Notes: generated by a model not told the origin, from the sequence alone. 64,000 bases of DNA from Girardia tigrina (GCA_001938485.1 MQRK01198362.1:1-64000); one strand, 5' to 3'; shown: positions 13,393 to 27,960, numbered from the stretch's first letter. A program made the numbers and translations.

Positions 13393-14208
13393 TTAAAGTT
13401 TGGTTTATTAAATGGCAATTGATGAAAGACTAAAAGCGTGGTTTTGCAATGATTATGAAATTGTCAATCCGATTCTCTGTGTTAAAAATGAAACTTCTCA
13501 TCGATTTATTTGAATCTATACTTTCGAAATTGATATGTCAGTAAATTTTGTTGGATTAAAAGTCACTTAAGGGATTTTTGGGCAAGATGGTCGCCCGTTG
13601 TGTTTTCGTCGAGAGCCATCTCAATCCAGTAAGCTTTTATGCGACAGTTATAGCTCTTGTCTCCATTCTCGACAGGACCGATCGATTGAAAAGCGTACGG
13701 ATCATCCCGCTCACGTGTTCCAATACCTGCAGCAGCTGCGCGATTCTTTAGTCTCTAAGAGCCTCCACATACCTATCACTTAATCAGGATCCCTTATACT
13801 CACTAAAATAAATTGTCAACTGTTGATTAAAACGGCGTCTTTAGAGCATATTAAACTGGTAACCCTCCCGGTTACCAAATAAGCTTCCAATTTGAACGAA
13901 TAATTTTTGATTTACCTATGTCGATTAACTGAAATTGTGTTCAAATGGCTTTTTATCTTCAAAGATACCAACAATTTTTAGGAATAGTTGAGGACAGGTT
14001 TCACAATGCTAAAATCCGATCTAATAAAAAATCATTTAACAAATTTTCAAGTTTAGAAGGTCTAATTACTGCCAAACGAAAATGCGATAAAACAGAATCT
14101 AATAGTCTTTTTATAATTTTTAGATATTGTACGTTTATACTCATGAATTGTTTTAAATATTTTATACAGTTTTCTTTATGTAGTTCTTACCAAAGAAACA
14201 TTTTGTAG

Positions 14209-14456
14209 GAAGCAGGAGAAAGACAAATATATCATAGATATTGTCTCGAGAGAGCTGCGACCCATTGTTGCCACTCATTTACATGTGTTAGTAAAGTAAC
14301 TGGAATCGAAGCTCAGTACTTGCTGCATAGAAAACCAGACGTAATTACTCCAAATGGTCTAAACTTACATAAAGCTGCAGCAATTCATGAATTTCAAAAT
14401 CAGCATGGTTTAGCAAAATTAAAAATTAATAGATTTATTCAGAATCACTTTTATGG
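14209..14456 (+). CDS. GYS: Glycogen synthase exon
   Basis: ttttgtag acceptor; [20 protein letters not shown]...TPNGLN...HEFQNQH...NHFY-G; followed by a 47-nt GT-AG intron (14457-14503). Confidence 0.95.
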
Positions 14457-14503
14457 GTTTGATATAATTTGCATCAAAACGAAAGAAACTGGATTGATTT
14501 TAG

Positions 14504-14624
14504 ATACTTGGATTTCGATCTTGAAAAAACAATTTATCTTTTCACTGCTGGTCGTTATGAATTTCAGAATAAAGGAGCTGACATGTTTATTGAATCCTTG
14601 GCCAGACTCAATTACAGAATGAAG
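14504..14624 (+). CDS. GYS: Glycogen synthase exon
   Basis: [40 protein letters not shown]; gtgaga donor; phase matches the previous exon. Confidence 0.95.
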
Positions 14625-17262
14625 GTGAGACGTTTTATTCTGTTGTTATACTGATGTAACAGTTTAAATTGTTTTTGAGATCATTAAATTCTAAAAAAAG
14701 TAAATATACCATATAGGTTGTTGTAAAACATAATAAAACTTATGGACAATCAAATAATATAATAAATACTCTCTACAGCAGTTGTTTCCACGAAAATGTC
14801 AATATGCTCAAATTTTTTGTCTATACACTTTACGTACCCAATTTAAATTTCGTATTCGACAAAATATTTGCAATATTTATGTTAAATTTTGAAACTTTAC
14901 TTTTATTAATAAAGAAATTTATTCACTGTATTTTTCTGTTATCTTTCTCCACATAAAATGATTTATCAAAAGCTTACTTTTTTAGAAACATTGACTACAA
15001 TGTTACCTATGCTTATCTACTTTAGTGTCGTAGAAAAATGAGATAAAAAATATAATTTAAAATATATTCATTAAAAGTAATTCATTGTTATCTCATGAAC
15101 CAAAAAAATATATTTCTGTGGCAAAACAGGAATAAAATAATAGGATTCCTGATTATTTAATAATTCAAAATCACCAAGAAATTTTTCGCTTATTAAAACA
15201 ACTACAATTTATTATCATAACTCCATAATTTCCATTTCCAATGACAAACCAATGTGAAACTGAAATTTTCAACTGTTGCGGATGGGAAAACAAATTGGTG
15301 TATTATGCTCGCAGTCGAAAACAATTTACCTGTTTATCTCTTGACAACGGATTCAAATTTTAATGATTTATATAAAATTTATTTAAGAATAAGGAGTATA
15401 ATGTGTTTGAGAATGAAATCCCGAAGATATTGAAAAAATACAAGGCAATTGCAATACCTGATTGTTGGATTTTGTAGAAGAGCTACGAAAATATTAGTAC
15501 AGTCATGAGCTTCAAATAGAATGAGTTTATGTCGCAGGAAGAAGTGCCCGTCTTGACAACTATAGAACTTTAAGGTCATTTAAAGTTATGAGCCTTCTCG
15601 AATAAACCTGGACCAAGGCCCGCTTCATATTCACGAATCGTCCAAGTGATAACGATAGAGTGATAGATACATATGTTGGGGTTTCAAAATATAAATTTAA
15701 ATGTTTAATCAAAAAGTTTTGTAAAAAAAATTAATTAAAAATAATTCTCTGTTAAAAAATCAATAATTTTCGATTTACATTATTTTAATAAAATTTGTAT
15801 AATATTTGTAAATATTTTTAGATTTATTTTAGCAAACTAATTTTCAAGGTTAGAAAAAACTAGTATATAAACAATTATTATTTTGTATTATTCACACAAA
15901 ATTTCGGACAAAAATTATACTTGCAGACCCTACTAAAGTTTTTAAATTTCATCATGTATTACGGTAAATTCTTTTTATTTAATTTTTGTTAACTAAACTA
16001 GTATCTTGTAAAGGAGAAAGATTGAAGTTTGACTTTCAGGTATCGCTCGCTCTAAATTGATATTGATTTGTGTTGATTGAGTGTGCTTCAAACTATTGAT
16101 TTAGCGATAAAGTTTCGATTTCAGTTTTGTGCTCAAGTTGTCATTTTCAAATAAAGTTTATTAAAAAGATTTGTGTTCATTCTTCATATATTATTGTTGG
16201 AAAAAACCTTTTGGTCGATTTGGAGTCAGATTAGTAGTTTAATATAAACAAAAATAAAAACGAAATTTAATTGTAATACCCAACACATAAACGTTGCGGC
16301 AGCAAGAAGTTCAAATGCTAAACATGATAATCAGGATGAAATTTGTATTAAGCCGATGTAAATGCTTATTTGCATAACATGGTGGAAGTGCGGAACCTTC
16401 ATTGGAATAAAATTGCCGTGATTGACGAAATACCATATCATATCAGCCATCTGCTGCCTGAATCTTTATCAATGGTCTAATCTGGACTAGGACAGGTGAA
16501 TAGCTAAGTTACCGAAGTAAAACTATCATTGAGTGTCGACAGAATTCAATTTCAAGTATTAGAGTCCAAGGGAACAGATGAGGCAACATTGGGATGTCTT
16601 AGAGAACATTTTTCAACCCCGCACGTTGAGAAGATTTCAATGGCGCGAGCAGTACGGAGCAAAATGGTCACAGTGTTCCGCCTAATCACTCGGTATATGT
16701 TTATGTGCTAGATGTCTGAGATTTTGTGAGGCCTTTCTTGAATTTTGAGAAATATAACGTGAACTTTGAGTCATTTATTTTGAAAGTGATTTGAAAGTTC
16801 ATTTATATTTAAATTGAGAGATTTTACGGTTTATGTTTTAATGTAATTAAAAATATGCGTATTCTGAAAACTTGTCCAAAATTATCGTATCTACTCGGAA
16901 TATTAGTCACCTAAATTGATAATTAATTTGAAGTTTTACATGTACCAACTTGCAACCGGGAATAATTGATAAATGGACTAAGGTCACTTTTCAAATAAAC
17001 GGTTCATTTATTTTTTCCCAAATACAAATTGTTTCTATTTTTTTACTCAAGTCTGGTATTCATTAAAGGATCAAGTAAGCATTATATACTTTAAAATTAA
17101 ATTGTAGGTTTGAAAATAAAATATATATCCTCACTCATAATATAGGCAACCAAAGTAATTATATAATATCTAATAATAACTCTAATTACAAGTTAAACTG
17201 TACTTTTTTAATTAATATTATATTAATTAAATTCACTTATAAGACTTCAATCCTATATTAAG

Positions 17263-17622
17263 GTTGCAAACAGTGATGTGACAGTCGTAGCTTTTTTAAT
17301 ATTTCCTACACAAACAAACAATTTTAATATTGAAACCTTCCGATCCCAAGCAATAGTAAAGCAGATCAGAGATACCGTAAATGAGATTCAGCATTCTGTT
17401 GGTCAAAAGTTGGTAGAAAGTTGTCTTAGAGGAACATTACCATCAACAAATGCGATGTTCGATCCCGATGATGTTATGAAATTGAAAAGGTGCGTTTTCG
17501 CTGCTCAAAGATACTCACTTCCACCGATATGTACCCACAATGTCATTCAAGATAACATCGACCCTATCCTCTGTAATTTAAGAAGATGTAATTTATTCAA
17601 CAACAGATCGGACAGAGTGAAA
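17263..17622 (+). CDS. GYS: Glycogen synthase exon
   Basis: VANSDVTVVAFLIFPTQTNNFNIETFRSQA...LPPICTHN...LFNNRSDRVK; AG/GT bounded. Confidence 0.95.
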
Positions 17623-18039
17623 GTACTTTTATAGTGTTTTTTATTTCATAAATATGATAATTAATTGAAAATAAAATATTATTTTATAATTTGTCTATTT
17701 GAATATATAAAAAATTGCGGGTGACATTTTTTTCGTATTCCTAAACTATTCCAAAGATACTCTTAATTATCCAGATAAGAATCTTTCTAATGCCCTAAAA
17801 AAGTTTTTTTTCTTATTATTTTGAAATAATCTATTATTTGTTTCGCTCAAAGTTTTATCAAATAGCATTTCTTGTTCTTTTAATGTAAATTCTTTGGAAC
17901 ATTATTATATTTTATTTAGGATTTTATTTGAATAACATAGCTCTCTCAAAAATCCGACCACCAGGTATTATCAAATCACAGTTACTGCAATAAACAATAG
18001 TATACAGAATATAAGTTTTAGGACACTTTTTTCAGATTG

Positions 18040-18265
18040 CCACCGTAAAACATAATGTAGGGTCGGTGTTTCCTTGCTTTACCCGAGATTCAATTGGAGC
18101 GCTGCTTTTGTGTCCCGAACGAGTCAATAACCAGGAATATGTCAAACTTTTGGTGAATGGTCTCTATTCCCTTTGGCTGGATTTAAGTGCAACGACATTT
18201 CAACAAGATAGTGTGACTTGTCACCACTGCCAGATTAACCAGGATAAAAATTAAAAATGCTGTAT
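18040..18265 (+). mobile_element. Tc1 transposase remnant, 5' piece (apparently split by the Gypsy insertion)
   Basis: TVKH..GSV, NNQEYVKLL and FQQDSVTCH motifs. Confidence 0.65.
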
Positions 18266-18276
18266 TACATTACGTC

Positions 18277-20860
18277 TCACCCATTGTAATATGCTATGCC
18301 AAAAGGCATCCGTTTAAAACAAAACTGTCCTGTCTTGGTGGAGAACGCCGTTTTTTCCTGTGATTCTTTATCCAATTCTACTTGATAGTATGCATTCCAT
18401 AAGTCTATTGTAATAAAATATTTGGTACCGTGTAATCTGTCCATCATTTCAGCTATATTCGGCATGGAGAAAGCTTGGCGCTTAGTGATTCAATTTAACT
18501 GTCTAAAATCCAGACACAATCTGATTTCGCCCTTGTCCTTTTTCCACACGCATACTATTGTGTGTTCCATTCAGAATTACATGGTTTTATTATTCTGTTT
18601 TTCTTCAAATTTTTTATAGCTTCTTCTAGTTTGTCTTCCAGATGTACCGGCTGTCTTCTCGGTTTTATGTTTATGGGTACCCCTGTTGTCTCTATTCGGT
18701 GTTGAAGCAAGTTTGTACGACCTATATCCCAATCGTTTGCCATAAATACTGCTCCGTATTCGTGAATTATTTTCTCTAGAGTTTTATCGTTCTTTGTATC
18801 TATCACTTTTAATGCCTCTTGAACGCGATTCTCGTTGGTGATTGCTTTTCCAAATTTAGCTTCGATTTCATATATGTTGGTTCTCTTTGTTTCCTGATAA
18901 TTCTGCTCTTTCCATTGTAATTCTATTCCGAACACTTTCATCAATGGTATTCCTCCGATCATCTCTGGTCTCAAATTTTTCACTATTACAAATCTTATTT
19001 TTTCGGCTTTATTTCCAATCTTTACTATCGTTTCTATTTCTCCTCCGACATCCATTTGTAGTCCATTTGCTGCGGTCAATCTCTGATTTGTCTGTTCCAT
19101 CCTTATGTTATTTAAGTTTTTTAATATTCCTTCCATCGTAACGTTCAAAGCTGCACCCGTATCCAGTAAACATTCGATTTTATGTTTTCTATTCTAACTT
19201 TTACACTCGGTCGACCCTGTAATTTATCGTATGTAATTGGAAAATTTTCACAATTATTAATTATTAGCAATTCTCTATCACCAAATGATTCTTTTTTTAT
19301 AAATTTCATGACTTTCTGACTTACTTCTGGTTCCTGGTGGGGTTTTGGTTCACTTTGATCTTTTTGATTATTTTTCTTAATTTTAGCATTTATATTATTG
19401 ATATCAACTTTATTATTTATTTTATTTATATAATTTATATTACTACTACTATATATATATAATTTATATGATCTGGTTCATACACATGAAAACTTACTCC
19501 AGTGCCAAGATCGGTTCTTCGTCGTCTCGGCACGATTCGTTTTTTTCTATATGTTCTCGCTCTCCTCCGTATTCTTCATTCTCCATCATCGCGATCTGTC
19601 TTCCGCTTTCGAACACTCTTTTTTAGTCGTCTGAGTTCCGGTTTCCTGAGCTTTTCGTTTGTGCATCTGAGAATTGTCGGCTATATCCTTGGGTTCTCTT
19701 TTGATAATCAGTTCTTCCTTGATATCGTTTATTCAAATTCGTGTAACATTCCTCAGCTCTATGTCCTGGATTATTACATCTTCCGCATCTTACCTTCCTG
19801 CATTCCCGTCGGACATGACCTTCCTTCCAAGCTTCCAAGAACACCTACAACAAACGACATGATCAAAATTTCTTTACCTGGATATTTTTTTCATAGTCCG
19901 GTATGAGATTAGCATATTTTATCTGATTCTGACCAAGTCTTAGGCTGAGACTGTTGTTGGAGTCAAAGGGGCATTTGACTTCCAAGAAAATGACTTGTTC
20001 AGGTAGTTGAAGGATGAAGTCCGGTCTGAGTCTACTACAGATGACCTTTTTATCCACAAATTCTCGCTCCATTCTGTAAATGTGACATGTGATTTTCCTT
20101 TCTCTTTTACATTCGCTCCGTCTATGCCTTGTTTCATTGCAGTTCCAGCATGATATATAGTTTTGCCCTGGATGTCGTCTAACAAAAGTATCTCCTTTCT
20201 TCGTTATGCTTCCTGTCGCTGATCCTCTTTTTACCACGTCCTTGTATGACGCTCTCATTGCATGTACTGGCCTTTCCATTTCCCGGACTTCATCCATTTT
20301 TTGGTGACATTTTTTACTTCTTTTATTTCTTTTACCTCTCTAAACTTGATCTCCTTCTTCACATCGCTGTACTTCTACCCATGAATTAGAAGATTCTTTT
20401 CAATTTCTTCTTCCAACCAATTATGTTTTGCTAATTTTGCTGCAAGTTTCTTTGCTTTCGCAAAGTATTCTTCCGCTGATTCATTCGTTCTTTTGAAATT
20501 TACAGCCTCCATCAGAGAGCTTTTATTTTGAAAAGCTTCTCGTAACCGAGCTTCATATCCTTTTGTCTCGACCGATACATTCTCGTAGACAGATACAAGT
20601 TCATGAGAAAGCAATCCAATTATCAAAATCTCTTGTATGCTTTCTGGTGTTTTAGCCACCTTAAAATACCTTGAGCATGCTGCTATAAATGTTTCAATAT
20701 TGTCTTCTTTCCATTAATTTTCCGGAAGAAGTCTCGCAATCAACTGATCCGAGTTGCTGGCTATGGTCGACATATTAGGTTCGTGATTAAAATTGGAAGT
20801 CATAATTTTGTAAACTTTATTTCAACTACAATTTTCATTATTGAAACAAATTTGTGAGGA
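18277..20860 (-). mobile_element. Truncated Ty3/Gypsy LTR retrotransposon (gag with CCHC knuckles, protease, partial RT)
   Basis: Gag CWNCNETRHRRSEC and CGRCNNPGHRAEEC; protease LLDTGA; RT RLCLDFRQLN, IDLWNAYYQV, RMPFGI. Truncated before YxDD. Confidence 0.9.
19827..20070 (-). mobile_element. Internal fragment of an RLE-type (R2/NeSL-like) non-LTR retrotransposon endonuclease inserted into gag
   Basis: RPDFILQ..QVIFLEVKCPFD...QIKY..L...FVVGVLGS is a PD-(D/E)xK restriction-like endonuclease signature; it splits ITCHI..|..KEGHVRREC. Confidence 0.8.
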
Positions 20861-21859
20861 ACAATATTTTAATTATATAATCCATATCTCAAAATTCTAA
20901 ATATAAATAATAATATCGATAAATATATAAATATGTTATTTTATTCAATTTTGTATAAATTTAGATCTTTAAAAATATTTTAAAAATTCAAGTCCTAAAT
21001 ATTTTTCTTTGGTTTTAAATCATTCGATTATAAATTATTTCTTTTTAATAAAAACCTTTTATTTGCTTTTAATAAAAATTGCAAAAATAACTTACAAATT
21101 TAAAATACAATTCACAAATTTGAAATACAAAAATATTTAGCAATATTTAAATTTATTATTATTTAATAGAGATTCATTAATTATAAAATTTTTAATATAT
21201 ATATATATATNNNNNNNNNNNNNNNNNNNNNNNNNNNNNNNNNNNNNNNNNNNNNNNNNNATTTAAAATACAATTCACAAATTTGAAATACAAAAATATT
21301 TAGCAATATTTAAATTTATTATTATTTAATAGAGATTCATTAATTATAAAATTTTTAATATATATATATATATATATATCTTTATTTTATCAATTATTTA
21401 GCGAATTTTAATTTGCAGAATTTCCAACTGCCTTTTAACTTTAAATTATCATTTTTTATTACATCTCTGACAACAAAAATTTCAACAAAAAATTCTTTCG
21501 AATAACTCTAAAATAAATGCAAAACAATTAAAATTCAAGTATTTATGAAATTAACTTTTTATAATTAATTAAGATATTTTTTTACTTATAACTGTTTAAA
21601 AACTTTTGATTTTAAATATTTTCTTATTTTAGAGATTAATTATTTTCAAAAATTTAAAGAATGAGCCTGTTCTTTTTTTAAAGAATTTAAAAAGATTTTT
21701 ATTTTAAAGAATTATTTCATTTTAATTAATCGAACATTATTTTTAATTTATTTAAAATATAAATATGATTTTTAAAAATATCAAAAATTTAAAGTTCATG
21801 AAAAGGAACCCCAACAGTGGTGATGAGCTTATTTGAGATAACAGGAATTCTTGTAATAT

Positions 21860-22225
21860 CATGAATACCTCAAAACCCCGATCTCAACCAAATAACAAAG
21901 ATAAAAGGGACAAGTTAGAGAAGCAAGTAAGGAGTAGAATGCCTCTCCCTAAGATGCTCGTTGCTCTGAGTTATTATTTAAAGGAAGAGGATCTCGATCT
22001 CAATGAAATTTATAAACAATCTTGCAAATATTCTTGAGAAAGTTTCTGAAATTATAAAGTCTCGCGGATATTCAACAAAACACTGATCTGCAGTGCTCTT
22101 ATTATCGAATTCATGAAAATAAATTCTTATTCCGTTGTTCTACTTTCTTTTGCTTCATAGAAAAGTTATTCAACGTCAGTACTCAAAAAAGGGTGGTCAA
22201 ATACTTTTGCTAGGGCGATGCATTT
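21860..22225 (+). mobile_element. Tc1 remnant, 3' piece
   Basis: PQNPDLN (cf. SPDLNPIE), EIIKSRGYSTKH*, and a terminal ggtcaaatacttttg that looks like a TIR. Confidence 0.6.
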
Positions 22226-22431
22226 CTGATTTTCCTTGAAGAAAAAGAAATTTAAAATGAATTTATATCGTCAAGATTTTTGTGAATTGATTTTCATAAT
22301 TATTTAGAATCCCTAAAATTGTTATTAATTATTTTTAACTCATTATTAAAAATAACGAGTTTTCAAATATATTTAAACTGAAGCTGTAAAAGTTTTTAAA
22401 TAAAATTATAATTATTTGTATTAATTTTTAG

Positions 22432-22558
22432 GTTATCTTTCATCCGGAGTTTTTGACATCTACAAATCCATTAATAGCCATGGACTATGAGGAATTCGCT
22501 CGAGGTTGTCATTTGGGAGTTTTCCCTTCATATTATGAACCATGGGGATATACTCCAG
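22432..22558 (+). CDS. GYS: Glycogen synthase exon (start of catalytic EX7E motif)
   Basis: [42 protein letters not shown]; not in the ORF track, read directly from sequence. Confidence 0.96.
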
Positions 22559-24149
22559 GTTAAATATTTGTTGCTTCTACATGTCCTTGGAAATAAACAA
22601 ATAATAAGATTTCTTTTTGATATAATTATAACATTTAAATTTTAAATGACATTTAATTGTGTATAATATTTTATGTTAATATTCTTTGTTTTTATTTAAA
22701 CTTTCCTTGTTTATGAAATAATATTTTATATTATTTATTAAATGAAAGATTTACGAAATAAAAGTTGAAGTCCAGACTCACAAGAACATTTTATTTGAAG
22801 AAAATGATTTTGAAGAAAAATATTATAAAATATATTAACAAATTTGTCAGTCTTTTTCATAAAGAAATTCTATGTAAGAAATTAATAAATATTATTATTA
22901 TCATTATAATTAATTTTCTTATGTATCTGTGTGAATTTTAAGAGGATTTAGAAGAGTTTAATTTTACTTTTTTTAATTGTTTAATGATCAATTTAAATGT
23001 TAATTATCCACAACTTTGTTGAGATTCAAGGGAGTTGATTAAAATAATTACGTATTGAACCCCGCTTTTGAAATCAACAAAGGAAGATTCAATTTAAAAT
23101 TAAATTTGATCTTCTAACCGCTTTATAAATATTAAGTTTGTATTTAATAAAATTTGATGTGTATTTGATATTTGAGCAACCGAATGTATAATTAATATTT
23201 CAATTTATCAATTTAAATCAATGAATAACAACGCAATTCTTTTTTAAATAAATATATTTAGATATCCACAAAATTACAATATATTTTTTCTTTTTTAAGA
23301 AAAATTGATATAAAAAATAGCCTACGTGTGTAAAGTAGAGAATTAGAATGGTCGCAAAACTTCGTTTGCAGACCACCGATGATTTTTCGAAGATAGATAA
23401 ATATTATTATTTTATTATAAAAGAAAATTATTACTGATAATAAGATTTTAAAATATTTGATTTTAAAATACAATAAATTTATGAATACTATAAATTTAAG
23501 CAATGAGAATTATGGTTATCAAAACTTCGAAAACACAATAGCAAGGATAATTTTATAACAGCGGAAGAACCTCTTCTTCCAACAATAAATCGATTCTTCT
23601 TTTCAGTAAAATAAACAATGAATAAATTTTAGGAATAACAATAACTGGAACGGATAAACTTCGGACAATTTAACTGATAGTAATTTTCCGAATAATTCTG
23701 AATCAGTAGCTTGAATTATCAAAAGATTTTTATTGCGCTGGTTCTTTTATATGAAGTAAAGAAAAATAGAAATGCGTAGCAAATGAAGTTATAACAATAG
23801 TAAAAATGCGTATGGTACGGACGCGTATAGCAAAATAAAATGCGTAGAAAAAAATAAGAATAGGACTAACTAAACGCGCGTAAGAACAAAAATGCGCCGA
23901 ACTTTAATAATGCGCTGAACCTTAAAATTAAACCTTAACTTATACATACAAATATTTAATTTAAATAATATACATAATATCTTTTTAAATAAATATATAA
24001 TAATATACATTGTAAATAATAACATCGTATTATTTAAATTTATACAAAATACACAAAAATAAAAAATATAAAAGATAAACAATAAAAATAACCATTTTTA
24101 TATTTACAACCCCAACAACTTTATGATTGTAACGATTTAAAAATTTGTT

Positions 24150-24990
24150 CAGTTTGTCCTTATGAACCTCCAGGCATTTTTCGGTCAGTGTGATACTTTT
24201 TGTTGTCTTTTATCTACCAATTAATGATTATTATTATTTTCGAGAGCCTTCCATCCTGGGCTTGTATTACTCAGTTATACTTGTATTTTTTCCGAGATGC
24301 ACCTTTTGTCTCACTGATTCATTTGTATACATTTTGCAAAATTCTTTGTTTTCAGTTTCCGTCTCAGGTAAAATATTGACCCTTCTGGAGTACAATATCA
24401 CACAGTCATTATCCCATCAACATTTATTTTGAGATTCGTAATGAATATCTCATACTTTCCTGATGACCTTTTTCTCTTCTAGAAAGAAGTCTAGTAGCTT
24501 ACGTTTACCAGTCGCTTGGTAGGCCCAAATGTTAATTTTATTTAACGAATGTTTTAAAATTCTACGGGATACAAGGGGAGTTAATGTGCCTTGGATAACT
24601 TCTTCTTATTCCACATCAAACCGTTCTCCAAGATAATTCTGTGCTGATTATCCAATTTCGAAGAGCATCACATCATGATTTTTTATAGTTGGCAAATTCG
24701 TGTTAACAGCTCTTAAAATGAGTCTCTGTTTCCTGGGGCTGTAGTTTCTTTTCATCTCCGCCAGGATAGGGGGTCTATATGCTTATTATATGCATATTAT
24801 GCTTCAAAGCAGTAATTACTATTTTCTACTTACCGTTTTACATTCACTTTTCTGTGCTTGTACCATTTCATAGTATTGTGAGAAGTGCTGGTAGTGGATT
24901 TTTCTGTTGCGAAGGAGCCAAGGTGTGTATTTGTGATTGAGTATTCTGCTATAACAGAGAAGTTTAAATCTTCTGTTTTGCAAAAACATC
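24150..24990 (-). mobile_element. Heavily decayed non-LTR retrotransposon fragment
   Basis: Minus-strand remnants YLG, WNKKKLS, FKTFVK..LTFG resemble the RT C-terminal region of LINEs. Confidence 0.35.
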
Positions 24991-25465
24991 AGGTTATGAT
25001 CACAAAAAATATAAAGGTAGTTTTAAAAATCGATTTAAAATAAATTGCTCCCCAATCCACACTTTTGCCTTGGACTGGGGGGAATTTTCAGTCACTAGGG
25101 GCAGCAAATGCCCTCCCCTTAATCAATATGTTAAAAAAGGCCCTGTCGTGAACAAAATGTAAATTTCAGTCTTTCGTAAATTTAAGGAATTATATCAAAG
25201 GTGGAATACCACTTCAGAAACTGTGGGTCTCTATTTTGAAGAACATTCGTATTTATCTGTTTGAATGTTAATGATATTATTCTTAATCATGTACTCGAAA
25301 TTGTTTTTGGAAATTTCGATACTGAAACCTGAATTTATATAAGTAATGGTTATATATTTACTTGTTTTCAATCATTATGTATAGTAAATTTTATATTTTT
25401 TGATATTATATTATTATTATTTTTGAAAATAATTTTTTAATATGCTCTCTTCTATTTTTATACAG

Positions 25466-25623
25466 CTGAATGCACAGTAATGGGTATTCCATCAGTGACA
25501 ACCAATTTATCGGGATTCGGTTGTTTTATGGAGGAACATCTTGAGGATCCAAAATCTTATGGCATATATGTAATTGATAGGCGCTTCAAAAGTGGTGAAG
25601 AGTCTATCCTTCAGCTTACTGAC
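25466..25623 (+). CDS. GYS: Glycogen synthase exon
   Basis: (A)[52 protein letters not shown]; tacag acceptor, gtaag donor. Confidence 0.96.
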
Positions 25624-25772
25624 GTAAGCATAGATTTTTTATAAGGTGCCAATTAAAGTTTAATTTAATACATTTTAATATAATTCTATTAAGATTATCA
25701 TATGTTCTCTTCATGAGAATTTACTAATTAGGTATAATGTATAATCTTTTAATATTGTCAAAAACTATTTAA

Positions 25773-27960
25773 CAGTAACGGATCCATGGGGTGCCTAAGG
25801 GGGCGGTAACCCCCTCTTGTTTCTTGTTAGAAAAAAATTGGGTTAACCTTTTTGAATCATAAATAAACGAGTAAAAAAGGAATGTAGTGAAGTGTGCTAA
25901 GCAATTCGTTTTATTGTTTACAGAAATATTGCTTCAAGACAAGAAATAAACATAAACTTCCCTATGGAATCATAAAACAAAACCAATTATGCTAAGCGTG
26001 TGATGCCAGTATTATCACAATGGTCGCTTTTACTAATAGGCAAACCTAAGCAACTGTCTAAGGACGCCAACCAAAAAAGATTGCTTAATTTTCTTTGGAA
26101 AATTTTATTACATATAAGTAACTGCTCTTCGGAACGCAGTTTTTCATTTATGAAAAGATTAAAAACATATTTATGATCAACTATGAAAGAACAATGCTTA
26201 AAGGCATTATTTATTTTATCATTAGAAACAGATTTTATGTTTAATTTAGATTATTCCGATATAATTAATGACTTTGCAGAAACAAAATCAAGACGAAAAT
26301 TTTAGTAAATTAACAAACACAACCAACAAATAATTAGTTTTTCCATTCTTTTTATAAGCTTACTTTCTATATAAGTATGTATATACTGCCCTATACACCA
26401 GCCCTATACAAGACTATACAAAACAAGATCTTAAACATTACTCTAAATCTCATTCGTAACTATTTTCATAAGTGTCTAAAGGCTTGTCCATATTTTTCAA
26501 TAATAGTAGATGAGACAAACTCACATGACCGAGAATTTATTTCAGTCTGTATTCGTCTACTTGACATATCTCAAGAAAAGCCTAAAAAGATGGAAGTAGT
26601 AATGCGATTGGTAGAGACCGAGAGAATCACAGGACAGTCTATTGCACTGGCTATCAGAAATGCACTGGAAGAAGAAAGAATTAACATCAAGCATTGTAAA
26701 GGACAAGCATATGATACAATGCCATCTATGAGTTCAGAAAGAAAAGGGGTTCAGACTTTCTTTAAAAAATCGGCACCCTTGGCGGACTACCAAGGATGTG
26801 TCCTTCACTCTCAAAACCTAACGATTTGCCATGGATGTGATATTTCGTCTATTAGAAATATGATGGATTCTTGCCAACAACTGTTTTCTTTTTTCGATAA
26901 ATCTCCAAAGCGCCAACACTTTCTCCAACTGGTTATTTCTGCTCAAGCACCTGAGTTAAATAAGACAAAGTTGAAGAACCTTTGCAAAACACGATATCGT
27001 GAGCGTCACAGGACATTTAATATCATTGAAGAACTTTAAATTAACATTGTTCGCGCTCTTGATGAAATCATAACACATTCTGATGTTCACGATCTGTATG
27101 ATAATATTAAAACATAAGCATGGAATTGGGATTTTCAAACTATTTCTAAAGCCAATGGATTACTACATACATTTACTAACTACGACGATATTCTCAATTT
27201 TGTAGTGTCAAAAGAAGGTTTCGATCCAATGCAACAAATTGTATCATGTCTTCAGGATGAGTTAGTGGAGGCATATCTGGCCTTTCAAAGCGTTTCACAA
27301 TTTTTTTCTTTTTATTCCACATTCCTGCAAATACTGACGACTGGTTTTCCAAGATTTATCGCAAAGCCAAAGAAATTGCGCGCTTTGTAAATTCTACTCA
27401 AAAAGCTTCAAGGTTTTTAATCGTCAAATTCATGGTTTAAAAGCACCTGCTATCTCTCCTATTGAGTACTACAAGCGGAATGTAACCATTCCATTCATCG
27501 GCAAGGTTTCATTTGCATTAGCATCACGTTTTACAGAAGATACAAGAGCACATTATGAGCTAGATACTTTTATTCCAGAAATTATTTTCACCAAAGACAA
27601 TGATTAATTGGAAATATTATCAAAACAACAAGTGGCTAATTGGTATGATATTCTTCCAAACCCGTCTACCCTTAATAATGAGTTGCATGGATGGAAACAT
27701 TCGTTTGTGGAGAACAAAATTTCTGGAATGGCAATCACTCAACTTCTTCAACAATACGTGGACTCCCAAATATTCGTGAGCTATTCTTCATTCTTGCAGT
27801 TTTTTCAATTTGGAGTTGTGATGCATACTAATGTAGGTCACATTCACTCATTTCTATGAACAACGATGAAAACTGACAGATAGTCAGATTTGTGTGTCAT
27901 TGGAATGTACTATAATATTTCATCAACTTGTGTCTCAACGGAACAAATTGCAGATATGTT
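25773..27960 (+). mobile_element. hAT-superfamily transposon remnant (ZMYM/THAP12-like transposase)
   Basis: CAGTAACGGATCCA terminus; ORF 26377-27039 with FSIIVDET, ITGQSIA, GQAYD, C..HS.NL, SPKR, LCKTR; decayed continuation downstream. Confidence 0.85.

Noticed and set aside
16260-16740. Moderately GC-rich block, possible transposase remnant
   Set aside because: Motifs are too degraded to assign.
21100-21380. Exact 110-bp direct repeat either side of a gap
   Set aside because: Typical unmerged contig overlap at a (TA)n tract, so an assembly artefact.
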